A stretch of DNA of 64,000 nucleotides from Hydrolagus affinis (Eukaryota): positions 1-64,000 of the forward strand of contig JAAILG010001217.1 in NCBI GenBank assembly GCA_012026655.1. The letters run 5' to 3'. Shown here piece after piece: positions 45,919 to 57,574 of the stretch. Under the pieces are notes generated by a model. That model ran no database searches, had not been told where the DNA came from, and saw only the letters and a program-made list of their open reading frames with translations. A program made the position numbers and the translations under genes. Position 1 is the stretch's first letter, and every line of letters begins with the position of its first letter.

Positions 45919-48900
45919 CTGTTGTGTTTACAAGTTACCATTCAGGGGGGGTGGATGATAATGAGATGGGCAAAGGGAAAAAGAACTCATTAATGCATGC
46001 AACTTCCAGAGGGGTCACGAAAGGAAACCGACCAAAAGCACCCAAAAGAAACAAAACACAGCAAAGAATAGAAGAAATTTTGGACAGCGAGAGAAAACTT
46101 TGAAACAGATTAAATGCATTGAATTTGTTTTGGTTTTCCTTTCACAGAAACTAGCTCATGTTACTAAACAAAGAAGCTCTGTAGGCCCCCAGATTTTACA
46201 CTGTATGATTACTACTTTATATAAGCTTTCAAAATGTCCACAGTAGGATTCTTAAGTTTTTTATTTACCCTTTCAACATAGGCAGAAACATAGATCTGAA
46301 TTAAACAGCATTCGAGACAGCATCAGCGGACACTAATTTCACTGTCCAAGTAATAATATTTCATAACTATGTGACATGTTATTATTTGAATACTAAAATT
46401 TAATATCAGTGTTTAACAGTGAAAAGCACCAACACAAAATAATTACCCAATACATGAAATTAAATCTGGATCTAGGCGTTTTTGCACGAGTCACTTTGGC
46501 TACTTGGAAAGGTTAAATTTAACATGCTAGAGTTGATTCAGTCCACTACCTAACATGAGGACCATGCAGAGACACGGAACATACATTGCAGCCTTGATAG
46601 ATGTGCATAATGTTGCACTTAGAATAGAAACAAGCTAAGCCACAAATTGAAAAGATTGGCATCTATTGGTTCATATTAAACTCAGCAGTATTGTTTCACA
46701 AAATGATAAGAGCTGAAAGTTGAACAATAATTAGTTTGGCTCATATGCTTCCTTATGATATTGTTTTCAGGTTTTAGAATTTAAGGCATTAAATACTGAA
46801 CTGTCAAAACATAGATATACAACAGTCTTGCAAAGACAAATGGCAAAGATTAAGAATTTAAACCATTATTCTTTGCAAAATAATGGCAAGGTATGAAAAA
46901 AATTTGTGTTTGAACAGTAATGTGACTTAGCAACATTAATTAGTAGATTCATTCATCTTCTAACATTTTGATACTTAAATCTCAGCTTTTGGAAGAAAAC
47001 GATAGTCTTCAAACTTTGGATACCGCCATTTGTCAACAACAACTTGCATTTATATAACAATGCAAGATGCTGCCCCACATAAAAGGCGCTATATAAATGC
47101 AAGTTATAGTTGTTATTTGTGAATACCTAGATGTTGGTAGAAGTGTCTGCTGCAGATAAGCTCAATTCTGGTTTGTGAGCAAGAACAGCTCGATATAGAT
47201 GCAAATCATTTCTCATATATCTTTTTTGTAATGTTCCATTCATGCTTTTCTTCACTGTGATGAATTGCACATAAATTATATGCTGCATTACATGCCTCAA
47301 AGAGAAACTTACACTAAACGTGCTGAACAAGGTCCCCAAAAAGTGTTGCTATAGTTTCAAACAACAGCACTGGCTGGCAGAATTTCAATCGCATTTCTTT
47401 GTTTGGACAGTAATAACTGTTTGAGGGCACAAAACAATGCTGCGAACTGAAAAGCAGACTCCTAGGTTTGTTTTAAGTGGCGACAATATACAGTGTAAAA
47501 TAAGAGCATTGACCAAAGCGGGGTTTCAGATACTTCAAAGCCCTAAAATTGTACCTACAAATGGTTAACACAGCTTTGGGAAGCTGTCACTGCACATGTT
47601 TCCAAGTACAGTACATCCCGTATTGTGACAGGTTAACTAACCAATACGAAAGGCACCACTGTATTTTCTTCCAATTAAATCAATTTAAAATGAAACAATT
47701 TGCCAAATCTTTTATGTCAAATTACAAAATCAAAATACACAGAAGTTCCCCTGGAAGATACAAGCAATCAAACTTAAAACCAAGGCTAAATACTAACTGG
47801 GATGCAGGAGCAATGGCAAACCAAAATGCAAAGTAGAGGGAATAGCAGATTCTCTATTAACTCTTGCTCAACAGGGACTCCAAAGAGTCAACAAAAAAAA
47901 TGAATAGCACTTTGAGGATTTATATCCTTGCCAGCAAAAGACCTCAAGCTACAGTATTGACATTGTAGGTTTACAGTTTGTTATACACCATGGAAACTTT
48001 TTTTTAAAACAAAGGTTTTCCAAATAACATGTCAGTTTTCATGCAAACATTTAAAAATGTTTTTCAATACCACATAAGTGTCTGCAAATGTTCAAATCAC
48101 TTAAACATTTGAAACATAATTGACATTGAATCATCTTCAAGCAAACCCAAACTGAGCTTCAACTTTTTTTTCCCTAGACAATTTTAGATGTTCAATACTG
48201 CCTATGTAGCCTTCAAAATGTACATTCCCATTTTTTTAACAGCACTCCGACTTAGTTTTATTATCTTATACTAGAACAGAGTCCCAAGATGTCTTATAAT
48301 AACTTATATTCCCCACATGAAAGGCAATCTATAAATGTAATTTTGTTTGTTTCTGTTTGTTCAGTTAGTGATAAAAGAGTAGAGTGCATTTTGAAATGTC
48401 CTTTCATTTCACAATTCAAAACCTTTGGCTTCTTGTTATCCCTGAAACCCAGGCTGATGGGTTTTAGGGACAACAAGATGATCTTATTCTCAATATATGT
48501 TAAAGAGTCCAATCCAACACAACATCGATTTTTTGATTCGCTGAAGTAGACTGAGGAATGTACAGCAAAATGTATCCAAGACAACAATTATATATATTCT
48601 TTATGTTAGGGACTCTTCTCATTTGTGCAACTGGACTGTGCAGATCTTCAGTTAGTTTGGGACTTCGCTCTGTTCTTGCTTATTGCTGTGGAAATGATGG
48701 GCAGTTCAGAAACGGTAATCTACGGAATTGTCAGGAATTTATTAAACAAGTGTCTGCTAAATTTAGTGGACTCCCTATCTATGTAGGCCATTGCACATTA
48801 ACAATCCATCTTTCTATCATCATGTTTTAAAAATTCCCTGCCTCTTTTTTGTTAGAATTGGATCCACCTCACTTGAGCAGATATTGCCTAGAGTCAATGC

Positions 48901-49634
48901 GTGTCTCAAGTCAGACTAGAAGTAGTTTTACCATTTATTCAGTGACAGAGACCTCCAATTATGTTAATTATAATGAAGACATTCCTGGCAGAGGCCTGCT
49001 ACAACATTGAATACTAAGTTATTTAATAGAACAGTTGTCATTGTTTAATAAATGTCTTTCAATTAATTCTGACATTTGTAATTAAAGTGTAAGATCATCA
49101 TGCAAAGGGAAGCTGCAGGGGCCTAAAACAGAGGTATCCAACATGACAGTGGGTAAATAGAGTTCACTATAATTTTCAGGTTAGACATTGTCTTAAAAAA
49201 ATGTTTTGTAATTGTAACCCCCATCTTTACACCAGCTCCAACATTCATCGCTGAACTAGATGCTTCAGATTCTTTTGTAATTTTGGAAAACATACTTTCC
49301 CATTCAAAAGTGTTGAGCTAGTAAACATTATCGACACTTTTGAAAATGAACGCTAACAGCCCCTTCTGTAATTCAGCACATTTTTACTGATGTTCTAGCT
49401 TGGGGCCTGTACTCACTACATCAAAACATTATGAAGGACAAACATGAGTATTTGACTTCCTTTACAAACCGGTCACAAACAATGCAATACAACACCATCA
49501 ACAAAAGAAATAATTTCCAGGGGTGTTACTAACTGCAAATAACAGTGATCTACACACACACAACACAACCACCAACTGGAACAGAAATATTAATGGACCA
49601 CCCAAAAAAAAGTAAAAACTTTGTGCTATCTTAC

Positions 49635-49646
49635 CTGATTTTAGGA
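49635..49646 (-). CDS. ANK3: 12-nt microexon (S-PKI-S)
   Basis: TTTAAAAAG|TCCTAAAATCAG|GTAAGA with an upstream pyrimidine tract; phase 2-2; gives ARSASPKISLRSFSS, as recalled in some mammalian isoforms. Confidence 0.8.
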
Positions 49647-50860
49647 CTTTTTAAACAAATTGTGGAAAAAAGGAACAGGAGAAAATAGAAGTGATTAAAG
49701 GGTGAGAAGGAGCAGAAACAAGCAATAAACAGTGCTATGGTCCACCTTTATGGTTTCCTTTCACACAAGCATTTTTTTTGCTGATTTTATATTTAATTTT
49801 TAACTCAAGAGAGGCAATGCTGAATTAATTTATTATAACACCAAACATCTTAGTCCACTGAAACTGATTCTACAATAAACTTTTTTTTTACTAACTCAGA
49901 GAAAACAACTATTCACCTACACAAATTGAAACATTTATACAGCATAGCATTTTAAAATCCAAACAATTCTGTTCAAGCAAAAGCAAATGTTTCTAACAAA
50001 TTATAAATAATGGAAAAATGGGAATAAAATATTTATGATCGGTGCAGGTATTGACTGTATGTACTAAGTAATAGGTCAGGATGTCAGCTTAAAGAAGCCT
50101 GTTGAAGGTTCAGCAACCTTAAGTCTTCTCTGATAAGGTGTTCCAATTATTTACAATACTATAATTCCCATCTCATTTAGTGGGAGGTGGAATGCTGCTG
50201 AAATGTACACTCACAGGAGTTAGCCCATGGCTAGTGTTTCCTGGTACAACAAGAATATATGTAACACAGTAAAACTTAAATAATCAACAGCAAGCTTCTG
50301 TTGAAATGAGTGGGAAAATAAATATTAGGAAAAACAACATGCTGATAGCACAAACTCATTGCCATGATATTCGGATGGCATTCTATGTCTTGGGAACTTT
50401 AATAACATTGTTAGTCAACTTTATACAGAATCTCACGATGAGGATATCACACTTGAAAGTTTCCACCACACTGCCTTTTTAGTCAGGGCTGTTTTGTATG
50501 GAAAATGAATGAATGAATATAGCTAAAGCAGGCATGTCATTAAACCAAAGGATGGGGGCAACAATTCTGTTAAGCATTCTGCACAGTGCATTCGCTAACA
50601 CACGATTATAATGGGTAATCCCATTAGAGGCCAATATTGCCAAAGGCGTTGTACATAATGTTCAATAAATGTTCTACTCAAGAGTGTTTTATTTTGTACA
50701 CGCTTAAACCCCAGCTAGCCAGACTAATGGGTTGGGGAGTGGATGTGGGGGTGGTGGGAGATCCAGTCTGGTGAGCCAAAATTTCTGCCTAAGTGTAATT
50801 ACAATACAAGTACTGACATTTTTGAAAAAATGCCAGTGGATGTCGGTATCAACATTGTAA

Positions 50861-51125
50861 TTGTTTAAATCCCGCAAGTAGAAGACAGTGAATAAGCTAT
50901 TTGCTGCTGGCTGGATTCAAATATTTCTTTTCTCGAGTGAAAGCGGATATCTCTGGATCCTGTGAGGACCAGCAGGGACATGGAGGCTGCTGACTGCTGG
51001 TGCGCACCAGGAGAGTTCGGAGTCGAGAGCCGTTGGGAATATTTAAACAAATCTCAGTGTCGGGTTCGGTCCGGGTAGGTTGGAAATTCCCGATTCCTGG
51101 AGTCCGGTAAAACAGAGGTTTACTG
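50861..51125. mobile_element. truncated pogo/Tigger-like DNA element end
   Basis: CpG-rich segment ending GAGGTTTACTG+TA (CAGTAAACCTC TIR on the minus strand); partner TIR not found. Confidence 0.55.
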
Positions 51126-51926
51126 TATATATACACACACATTTGCTGCCTGCATAACTGCTTGTAATCTGATACTTTTAAAGTTTGAGGTCAGCAACTT
51201 CAAGTACATTAAGAGTGAACAGGGACACACAACTCACATTTTTATGTAATTCAGTAACATTTTAAGAACTTCGTAGTGCAGCAGGATTTTTCCTCTTGTT
51301 TAAACCAGTGGCTTTGTTTTGTCATAAGTGTCCTTCAGTTTATCAAAAGCAGTACAACATCTACAACAGATCATTAAAACTAAAGGAAACATTCCCGAGG
51401 GCACCCATTTCATCAGATTGATTACCAGCTCATGCTGCATGTCTGTTGTCCAAAACAAAAGGCACTAAATATCAGAATGTCTCTCACAGATATTTTAAAT
51501 AGAAAATGCAGAAATGTAACAGAAAGTTAAATCAGCCTTTCGAACTTAGAGCAAGCCATGAAAAACATAAACAACAGCCCTTGTACAAATGGTGGAAAGT
51601 GATCAGATACATTTTAGTTTATCAAATATCATTTTATGCTCATTGGATATGCTGAAGGAAGGATTAGGGCTCTGAAAATGCTTTGCCTTTAGAAAGCTTG
51701 TTAAAATAGATATTCTGTGACTTTGTTTTGTGTATATGTCCAAGTAGCTGGTCCTTTTTGACATTATGAAAGGTTTTAAGTAGCATTAGTACATTGGAAA
51801 CTGAGAAATAAGGAGATGATTACTAAGGCCACATGCTCAGTTGGACATCAGCTACTATTTGAGGCACAGGGGGACCCAGTATGGATGTGGGAGAAGCTTT
51901 GAACAGAACGAAATTGCATGAAGTAC

Positions 51927-52349
51927 AATATAACAATAACTGTTGCACTTATCACATTGTGTCAAAATGTCTCAAGAATTTTATTATAAAGTGAAGTGAC
52001 TGTTGTGTATTTGTAAGCAAAAGTGGCAACCACTTTGTCCACAACAATGTCCCACAAAGCGTCTCATGAAGTGAATGATCAATTCTATATTGGGGGATTA
52101 TTGGCCAGACCAATGGGAGAAACTCCCGTCTCTTTTCAAAAAGATGAGATCTTAATGTTCACCTGAACAGGCAGACAACACCTTGAATTAATATCTCATC
52201 GGAAGATCACCTCCAACATGCAAAACCTCCCTCTCGGCACTGCATTGAAGTGTTAGCCTAGTCTATCAACTCAAAGTCCCAACATGGAACTTGAAACTGC
52301 GACTACGTGATTCAGCAGCAAGAAAGCTACCAACTGAGCTAGGCTGACA
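51927..52349 (-). mobile_element. Deu-domain SINE
   Basis: Minus head TGTCAGCCTAGCTCAGTTGGTAGC; core TTCCGATGAGATATTAATTCAAGGTGTTGTCTGCCTGTTCAGGTGAACATTAAGATC. Confidence 0.8.
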
Positions 52350-53020
52350 TAATGCAACACTGCTGCCAGTTCTTTTCTTGTTTATAAGGGATCATATCTA
52401 CAGTATTTCTATAGTTTTAAGCCAGAATAATTTGGGTGTGAGTCTATACAGTATTAAAAAAAAAGCCATCTATGACCTCAGCCAGGGAGGCACAAAGAGT
52501 GCTATAATTTGCCCGAGTTTCCCTTGGGCGAGAGAAGTGACAAATCAGGCTAGGCTCCAAATCCTGATGGCTAACCAAGTACGAAGGGATGGGGGAGCAC
52601 AGAATTGGGCTCGTTCTAAAGCTCCCTGCAACTAACTAACAGCCTGCTAAAGCTCACCATCATACCTGACATGCTCAAATGGTTATTTAAGAAATTGTGC
52701 TCATAATCCATAATCCATAACCCCCAACAGTAGGCAAATGAATCATACATCTTCAAAGGGAAGAGAAAATTGTCGAGAGAAAAAAAGTTTCTTTAAAGCC
52801 ACATCCTGTCTGTTTCGATTTTATTAAATAAGTTTAATGTGGCTGATATTTACATTCCTAGAATTGAACTGTGCAGCCTTTTACAATAGCTTTACCTTCC
52901 ATAACAGAAATGTGTAAAGAATTATACCCCTGGATAGTGTTTAAAGTTTGTTTCAACTAACGCTCAAAGCTGAAAATATTAGCAGTCATTGTTTTGCTGA
53001 AAATGCTTTAGTTTTAAATT

Positions 53021-53475
53021 AACAACAACACAAAAAAAATTATAAAATTTTGAAAAGTGCCTTTCACATCGGGAAGACTTTCCAAGCAAGGTGCTGAGCA
53101 GTCAGGGATCAGGACTTGAGCATGGGGGGGGGGGGGGCAGGGTTGGAATGAGACAGTGCAGAGAAGTAGGAGGATGGCTAAACACACAGATGAAAAGGTG
53201 AGTGTTGAGTCGAGCCTTGAAGGAGCCAAAGGAGGGAGCAAGGCAAATACTGTGATTGTCGGATGGAGCTCCAAAGCGTGAGGGCATAGACGCTAAAAAT
53301 CCGTCCGCTGATGACAGGTCGGGTTGGGTGGGACACATGCAGCAGACCAAAGTCTTCTGAATTGAAGGAATGGACAGATTGATACAAGTTACCAAGACAG
53401 AGAAGTAGGAAGGGGGAAGGCCATGGAGGGCCTTGAAAGCAAGGACAAGGATTTTGAATTCTATCCTCTGAGAGA
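53021..53475 (-). mobile_element. L2 LINE 3' fragment with ORF2 C-terminal remnant
   Basis: Translates QRIEFKILVLAFKALHGLPPSY, typical of the L2 ORF2 end; (TTG)n tail at 53021. Confidence 0.85.
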
Positions 53476-53629
53476 TTAAGTACACTAATGCATAGGAAAA
53501 TCGGTATCCTTTAAAAAAGTATGTAGATTTAACCATTATCAAAACTCTTGGTTTTCAAAATGCATCTAATGTAGCTACATCTGCTTCACATATTTAGCTT
53601 GTGTGTCAGTGTGTCTTAGATGTAGCACT

Positions 53630-53837
53630 CTCACCTCTGAGTCCCTCAGCTTCACCCCCTCCCTTGCCTTCTTCCAAATCTGTCTCAAGTCCCTCTTCTT
53701 CAACAGCGCTTTCAGTCACCCTCCCTCCCACCACCTTCCCCAACGCCCAGCTTGGGTGCAAAGTACTGATTGTCCAGTGCCTTGGGACGTCCTCCCAACG
53801 TGAAAGGCTCTATAAAAATTTTAATTTGTCATTGTTG
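53630..53837 (+). mobile_element. L2 LINE 3' fragment
   Basis: CCCAGCTTGGGTGC...CAGTGCCTTGGGACGTCCTCCCAACGTGAAAGGC...TTGTTG tail. Confidence 0.8.
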
Positions 53838-54192
53838 TCAGATGGTTGTGGGTTCAAGCTTCGCTTTGGGATTTTGAATAGTCTTGGCTGACATTCCAAT
53901 GCCACACTGGGGTGTGCTTCATTGTAGAGATGCTGTTCTTCACGTGAGCATTCTAGTCTCATCAGTCTGTTCAAGTGGATATTAAAAGAGTTTCTTCCAG
54001 TTGTTCTGGACAACAATTCCCCAAACTAAATTGGTCATTCACTTCATGGTTGTTTGTGTGACATTGTGGTTTGCATATCGGTTACCACATTCATCTACAA
54101 AATATTTACTTCACTTTACCGTAAATCCCGGAAAGCCCTTTGAGACATCATCCTGACATGAAAGCTTTATATCAAATGTGAGGATTATTATT
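53838..54192 (+). mobile_element. Deu-domain SINE (5'-truncated head)
   Basis: GGTTGTGGGTTCAAG B box, TCTGTTCAAGTGGATATTAAAAGA core, and ATCAAATGTGAGGATTATTA tail. Confidence 0.7.
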
Positions 54193-54375
54193 TGGGGAAT
54201 TATGGAATGGAAACAATTTGTAATGTTACAAAACTAGAAACTCTGTTCTCAAAGCATAAATGGTTTTCTTTAAACATCATTTAAATTGGTTTCTTAAGCA
54301 GCGTTTTTTTTCTCAATGAAAAGTAATTTATTGAAATATTTATTGAAACCACATATTTATTGTAAACTACATTAC

Positions 54376-54508
54376 CTTGCAGATCGAGCTCCAAGGCTGA
54401 AACCCATGTAACTCATGTTTCCTTCCATTGGTAATGAATCATCTCCTAATTCTTTCAGATCTTGAGGTCCCAGATACTTATCTGTGTCCCCTGTCATTGC
54501 ATCATCAC
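54376..54508 (-). CDS. ANK3: ANK3 linker exon (133 nt, phase 1-2)
   Basis: CAG|GT GAT...GCA AG|GTAATG; [44 protein letters not shown]. Confidence 0.96.
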
Positions 54509-54516
54509 CTGTGAGC

Positions 54517-54584
54517 AACCAACAACAACGAAATTACACTTGCATAGTGCCTTCCACGTCAGGAGGACGTCCCAAGGCGCTGGG
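54517..54584 (-). mobile_element. L2 LINE 3' terminal fragment abutting a splice acceptor
   Basis: CAGCGCCTTGGGACGTCCTCCTGACGTGGAAGGCACTATGCAAGTGTAATTTCGTTGTTGTT matches the L2 tails at 28065-28132 and 53775-53837. Confidence 0.85.
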
Positions 54585-54845
54585 AAACCAGACACAAAAA
54601 CAGGTCAGCCAACAAATATTGATTTTCACCCAATTTGTTTTGTATCATTATCCAGATTTCTCTCCCCGCCCCCCCCCATCCCCCAGGGGTGACTGAAAAA
54701 CCAGTGCACAATTAAAATGGAATCAACATGCAACTTGGAAACAAAGCATGTTAGTAGATTGCAAACGGGTTCACATTTCCTTTGCCATGTCTTTTAAAAC
54801 CCAACCCCTAAACCCCCCACCCCCCTCTCCCCCCACCAACCTCAC

Positions 54846-54901
54846 ACTGTGCAGAAACAATGTGACAATGTTTGTAAACTCCCAATATGATCGAACAGAA
54901 C
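54846..54901 (-). CDS. ANK3: candidate 54/56-nt cassette exon
   Basis: Acceptor CTTTTTGACTGTCTGTTCATTCTTGCTTAAG; donors CACA|GTGTGA (54 nt) or CAGT|GTGAGG (56 nt); downstream G-runs and TGCATG. Confidence 0.4.
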
Positions 54902-55319
54902 CTTAAGCAAGAATGAACAGACAGTCAAAAAGGACCTCTACACATATGGGAGGAGAGAGAAACCAAAACGTCCAAACACACAAAAAAAAGTTTGACCTCA
55001 CATACCGAACAATTACCTGCTGCATATGTTCATTGTGTTTCTCAGACAGAATTATGTAAATCAGTTCATTGAGAAGCTGTAACTATTTTGTAGAGCGCTG
55101 AAAGACATCCTCCCTTAACTTTCATACTGGCCCCAGACCCCCATTCGTCTGAGAGAAACATTCAAGACAGCACAAAGAACCAGAGGCAAAGAACCAAAGA
55201 GTCCGAGAGAATGAAACGAGGGATACTACTAATACAAGATGTGAAACGTGCTATATCAAATGCAATGATTATTAGTATTATACACTGGGGAAAAAATAAC
55301 TCCTACATTGAGAACTGCA

Positions 55320-55750
55320 GAGAGAGAGAGAGAGGTGGGAGAACCACACATAGAGAGAAACACACAGAGATAGGGTGAAACACACACAGAGAGAGAGAGG
55401 AAACAGAGAGAGGAGAGGGGAGAATCACACACAGAGACTGGGGAAGAAACAGAGAGAAGAACACACAGAGGAAAAAATCACACACTGCAAATAACTCACA
55501 CCCACATAAACTCACAGAAAAGGGAGAAACACACAGACACGTCTCTCTCTCTCTCTCTCTCCTTCACACACACAGAGGGAAAAACACAAACACGACTCTC
55601 TCTTACACACACACACACACACACGGGAGAAACTCACACAGAGAAAGGGAGAAGAAACACACTCTCTTCTAACTACTGGGCATTTTACGCAGGCAAAACT
55701 TTAAAGAATCACCTCTCACACAGAGAGAGACAGACACACACACACACACA
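55320..55750. repeat. compound (GA)n/(CA)n/(CT)n microsatellite
   Basis: Visible dinucleotide runs. Confidence 0.9.
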
Positions 55751-55789
55751 CAGAGGAGACAAGTGAGTCTGTGGGATAGGAAGGCTTAC

Positions 55790-55805
55790 ACTCTTGGGAA
55801 GCCAT
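55790..55805 (-). CDS. ANK3: coding part of an internal alternative first exon (MASQE/C) for short ankyrin-G lacking ANK repeats
   Basis: ATG GCT TCC CAA GAG T|GTAAGC; phase 1 joins the 54508 exon to give [18 protein letters not shown], the same architecture as recalled mammalian MALPQSEDAMTGD. Confidence 0.7.
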
Positions 55806-56800
55806 CTGCTGCACCTTTTCCAGGGGAGTGGTTGGTGGGTGGGTGGGTGGGTGGGGAAGGGGGGAGAAAGCAACTCTTCCGGTGTTCCCAGGAACTCCCA
55901 CTGCCTCCCCTTGTCCAGAGGAATGGCTGAGCTGTCTCTTCTTGACCAAGAATCGAGCCCACAAAGCCCTGATCTCAGAGCTCACTCTCTCTCTCTCTCT
56001 CTCCCTCCCTCCTTCCCTCCCTCCCACACTCAGTATCCCTCACCGACAGCCCCCGCCCTGCGCTGGGACAGACAGACTGCCCTCTGGGGTTAAAACTACT
56101 ACAGTATTTTACACAGATAAACTCCCCCCTCCCCACCCAGTAAAGTCACTGTCAGCCAGGCCACGCTGTTAGTTCACTGGGTTACAGAGTGAACACACAA
56201 TCCTGCAGTGAATAAACACTGAAGGACAGAAGACACACAGACTGTTTGGCAGATTGGGAATCGATTGTGTGGCTGGCGGCTGGGAGGTGTGACCTGGTGT
56301 CAAGTCACATACAGTCAGACACACATCCACAGACACAACAGTCACACACACACAGAGATAGACACACAGACACAGGCTCTGTGAAGTAACTCACAACGTT
56401 GACTCAACAAACTCCCCAAATCCCACCACAAATCCCATGACAAACCAAACCCCCCCACCCCCCCACCCCATCGTTGCCAGGAATGTTGCGAGGAATATAC
56501 TGCAAAGGCTTTGAGAGGGATGTGAGTGAGCCCGCGATTCGTACAGATTTTTACCAAACGAAACACAAACTGTCTGCCTCTCCCTCTGTGTGTGTGTGTG
56601 TGTTTGTGTCTATCAGACAGACAGGGAGATTCCAGCCTCTCTCACTAACGAAGTTGCTTTGTGTTCATTCATACACACGGTGCTGCTGTCTGTGTGTGTG
56701 TGTGTGTGTCTATATAGTGAGGAGCCTAAACCGAGCGGCTGTAACCAGCCACACACTGGCACTGAAAACCGTGCTAATCACATTACCATTATAATCCTCA
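55806..56800 (-). promoter_or_regulatory. probable internal promoter/5' UTR region
   Basis: GC-enriched island in an AT-rich locus, with a GC box (CCCCGCCC near 56050) and (CA)n/(GA)n tracts, directly upstream of the MASQE exon. Confidence 0.5.
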
Positions 56801-57574
56801 ACAGATGCAGCTCACTCCCAAGAGACTGGCCTCGGCTACAAATTCGAACATAAGCATTTCTAAACATTGGGAAATCGTGATAGAATTCAGAAACACATAA
56901 AGTAAGGTAACTATCTACAGTATATATATATATATATATATAAAAGAGATACCCCAGCTTGGTGTGAAGACCTTCGCAGATTGGATGTTTGGGCAATACA
57001 CTGATCCTCTTATAAGAGATTGTTTTAACATTGGCTTCAAGGGGGTGGATGGACTTTAAAACTGCATAGAATCAGTTTTCTGGTTTAAAAAAAATACAGC
57101 TCACAAGTGCAAGTAACACATCAACTTTCAGCAGTGCTGTGAGTGATGTGAGTTGGAATCCAGGATTGCACATGACGATAAGAGTCTGCTATTTTACAGT
57201 AGAAATGGAAGACATTTGGACCAACCTCTTTGAAGCAGAGTTGCAAACCTCATTATACACATTGATCAATTCCAAAAATGTGCATCGTTATATTTCTTTT
57301 TTTCCCCCCAAAGTTTGAGTCGAGTCTGCGAACACCGCTAAAGCTTTCCATAAATTTAAACAATAATGTGGAAGTGATGGAGTTGGGACAGATTGGTTCA
57401 CAGTCGACCATTTATGACTTATCCAATACTTCTGTTCCCCCCACCCGCCTCAAGTATGATCTCCAAAGCTGGGAGATACTCTCTGTGTAGTGTTATCAAC
57501 ATTTTTCTAAGTCTCATTATTATTTTCTTGCATTTGTAATCTCTCAAAACCTAATTATACTTCTTTCTATCATG

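Noticed and set aside
47127-47220. Possible exon RYMRNDLHLY...TNI before a TAG|GTATTC donor
   Set aside because: Purine-rich acceptor and an in-frame stop at the donor; no homology.
52455-52770. Possible ancient SINE-like segment (similar block near 29455-29815)
   Set aside because: Looks repeat-derived but too degenerate to classify or bound without a library search.
53102-53542. 146-aa ORF as a separate gene
   Set aside because: L2 ORF2 C-terminal remnant with frameshifts.
55716-56853. Cluster of ORFs on both strands
   Set aside because: Produced by CA/GA microsatellites; only the MASQE segment has splice support.
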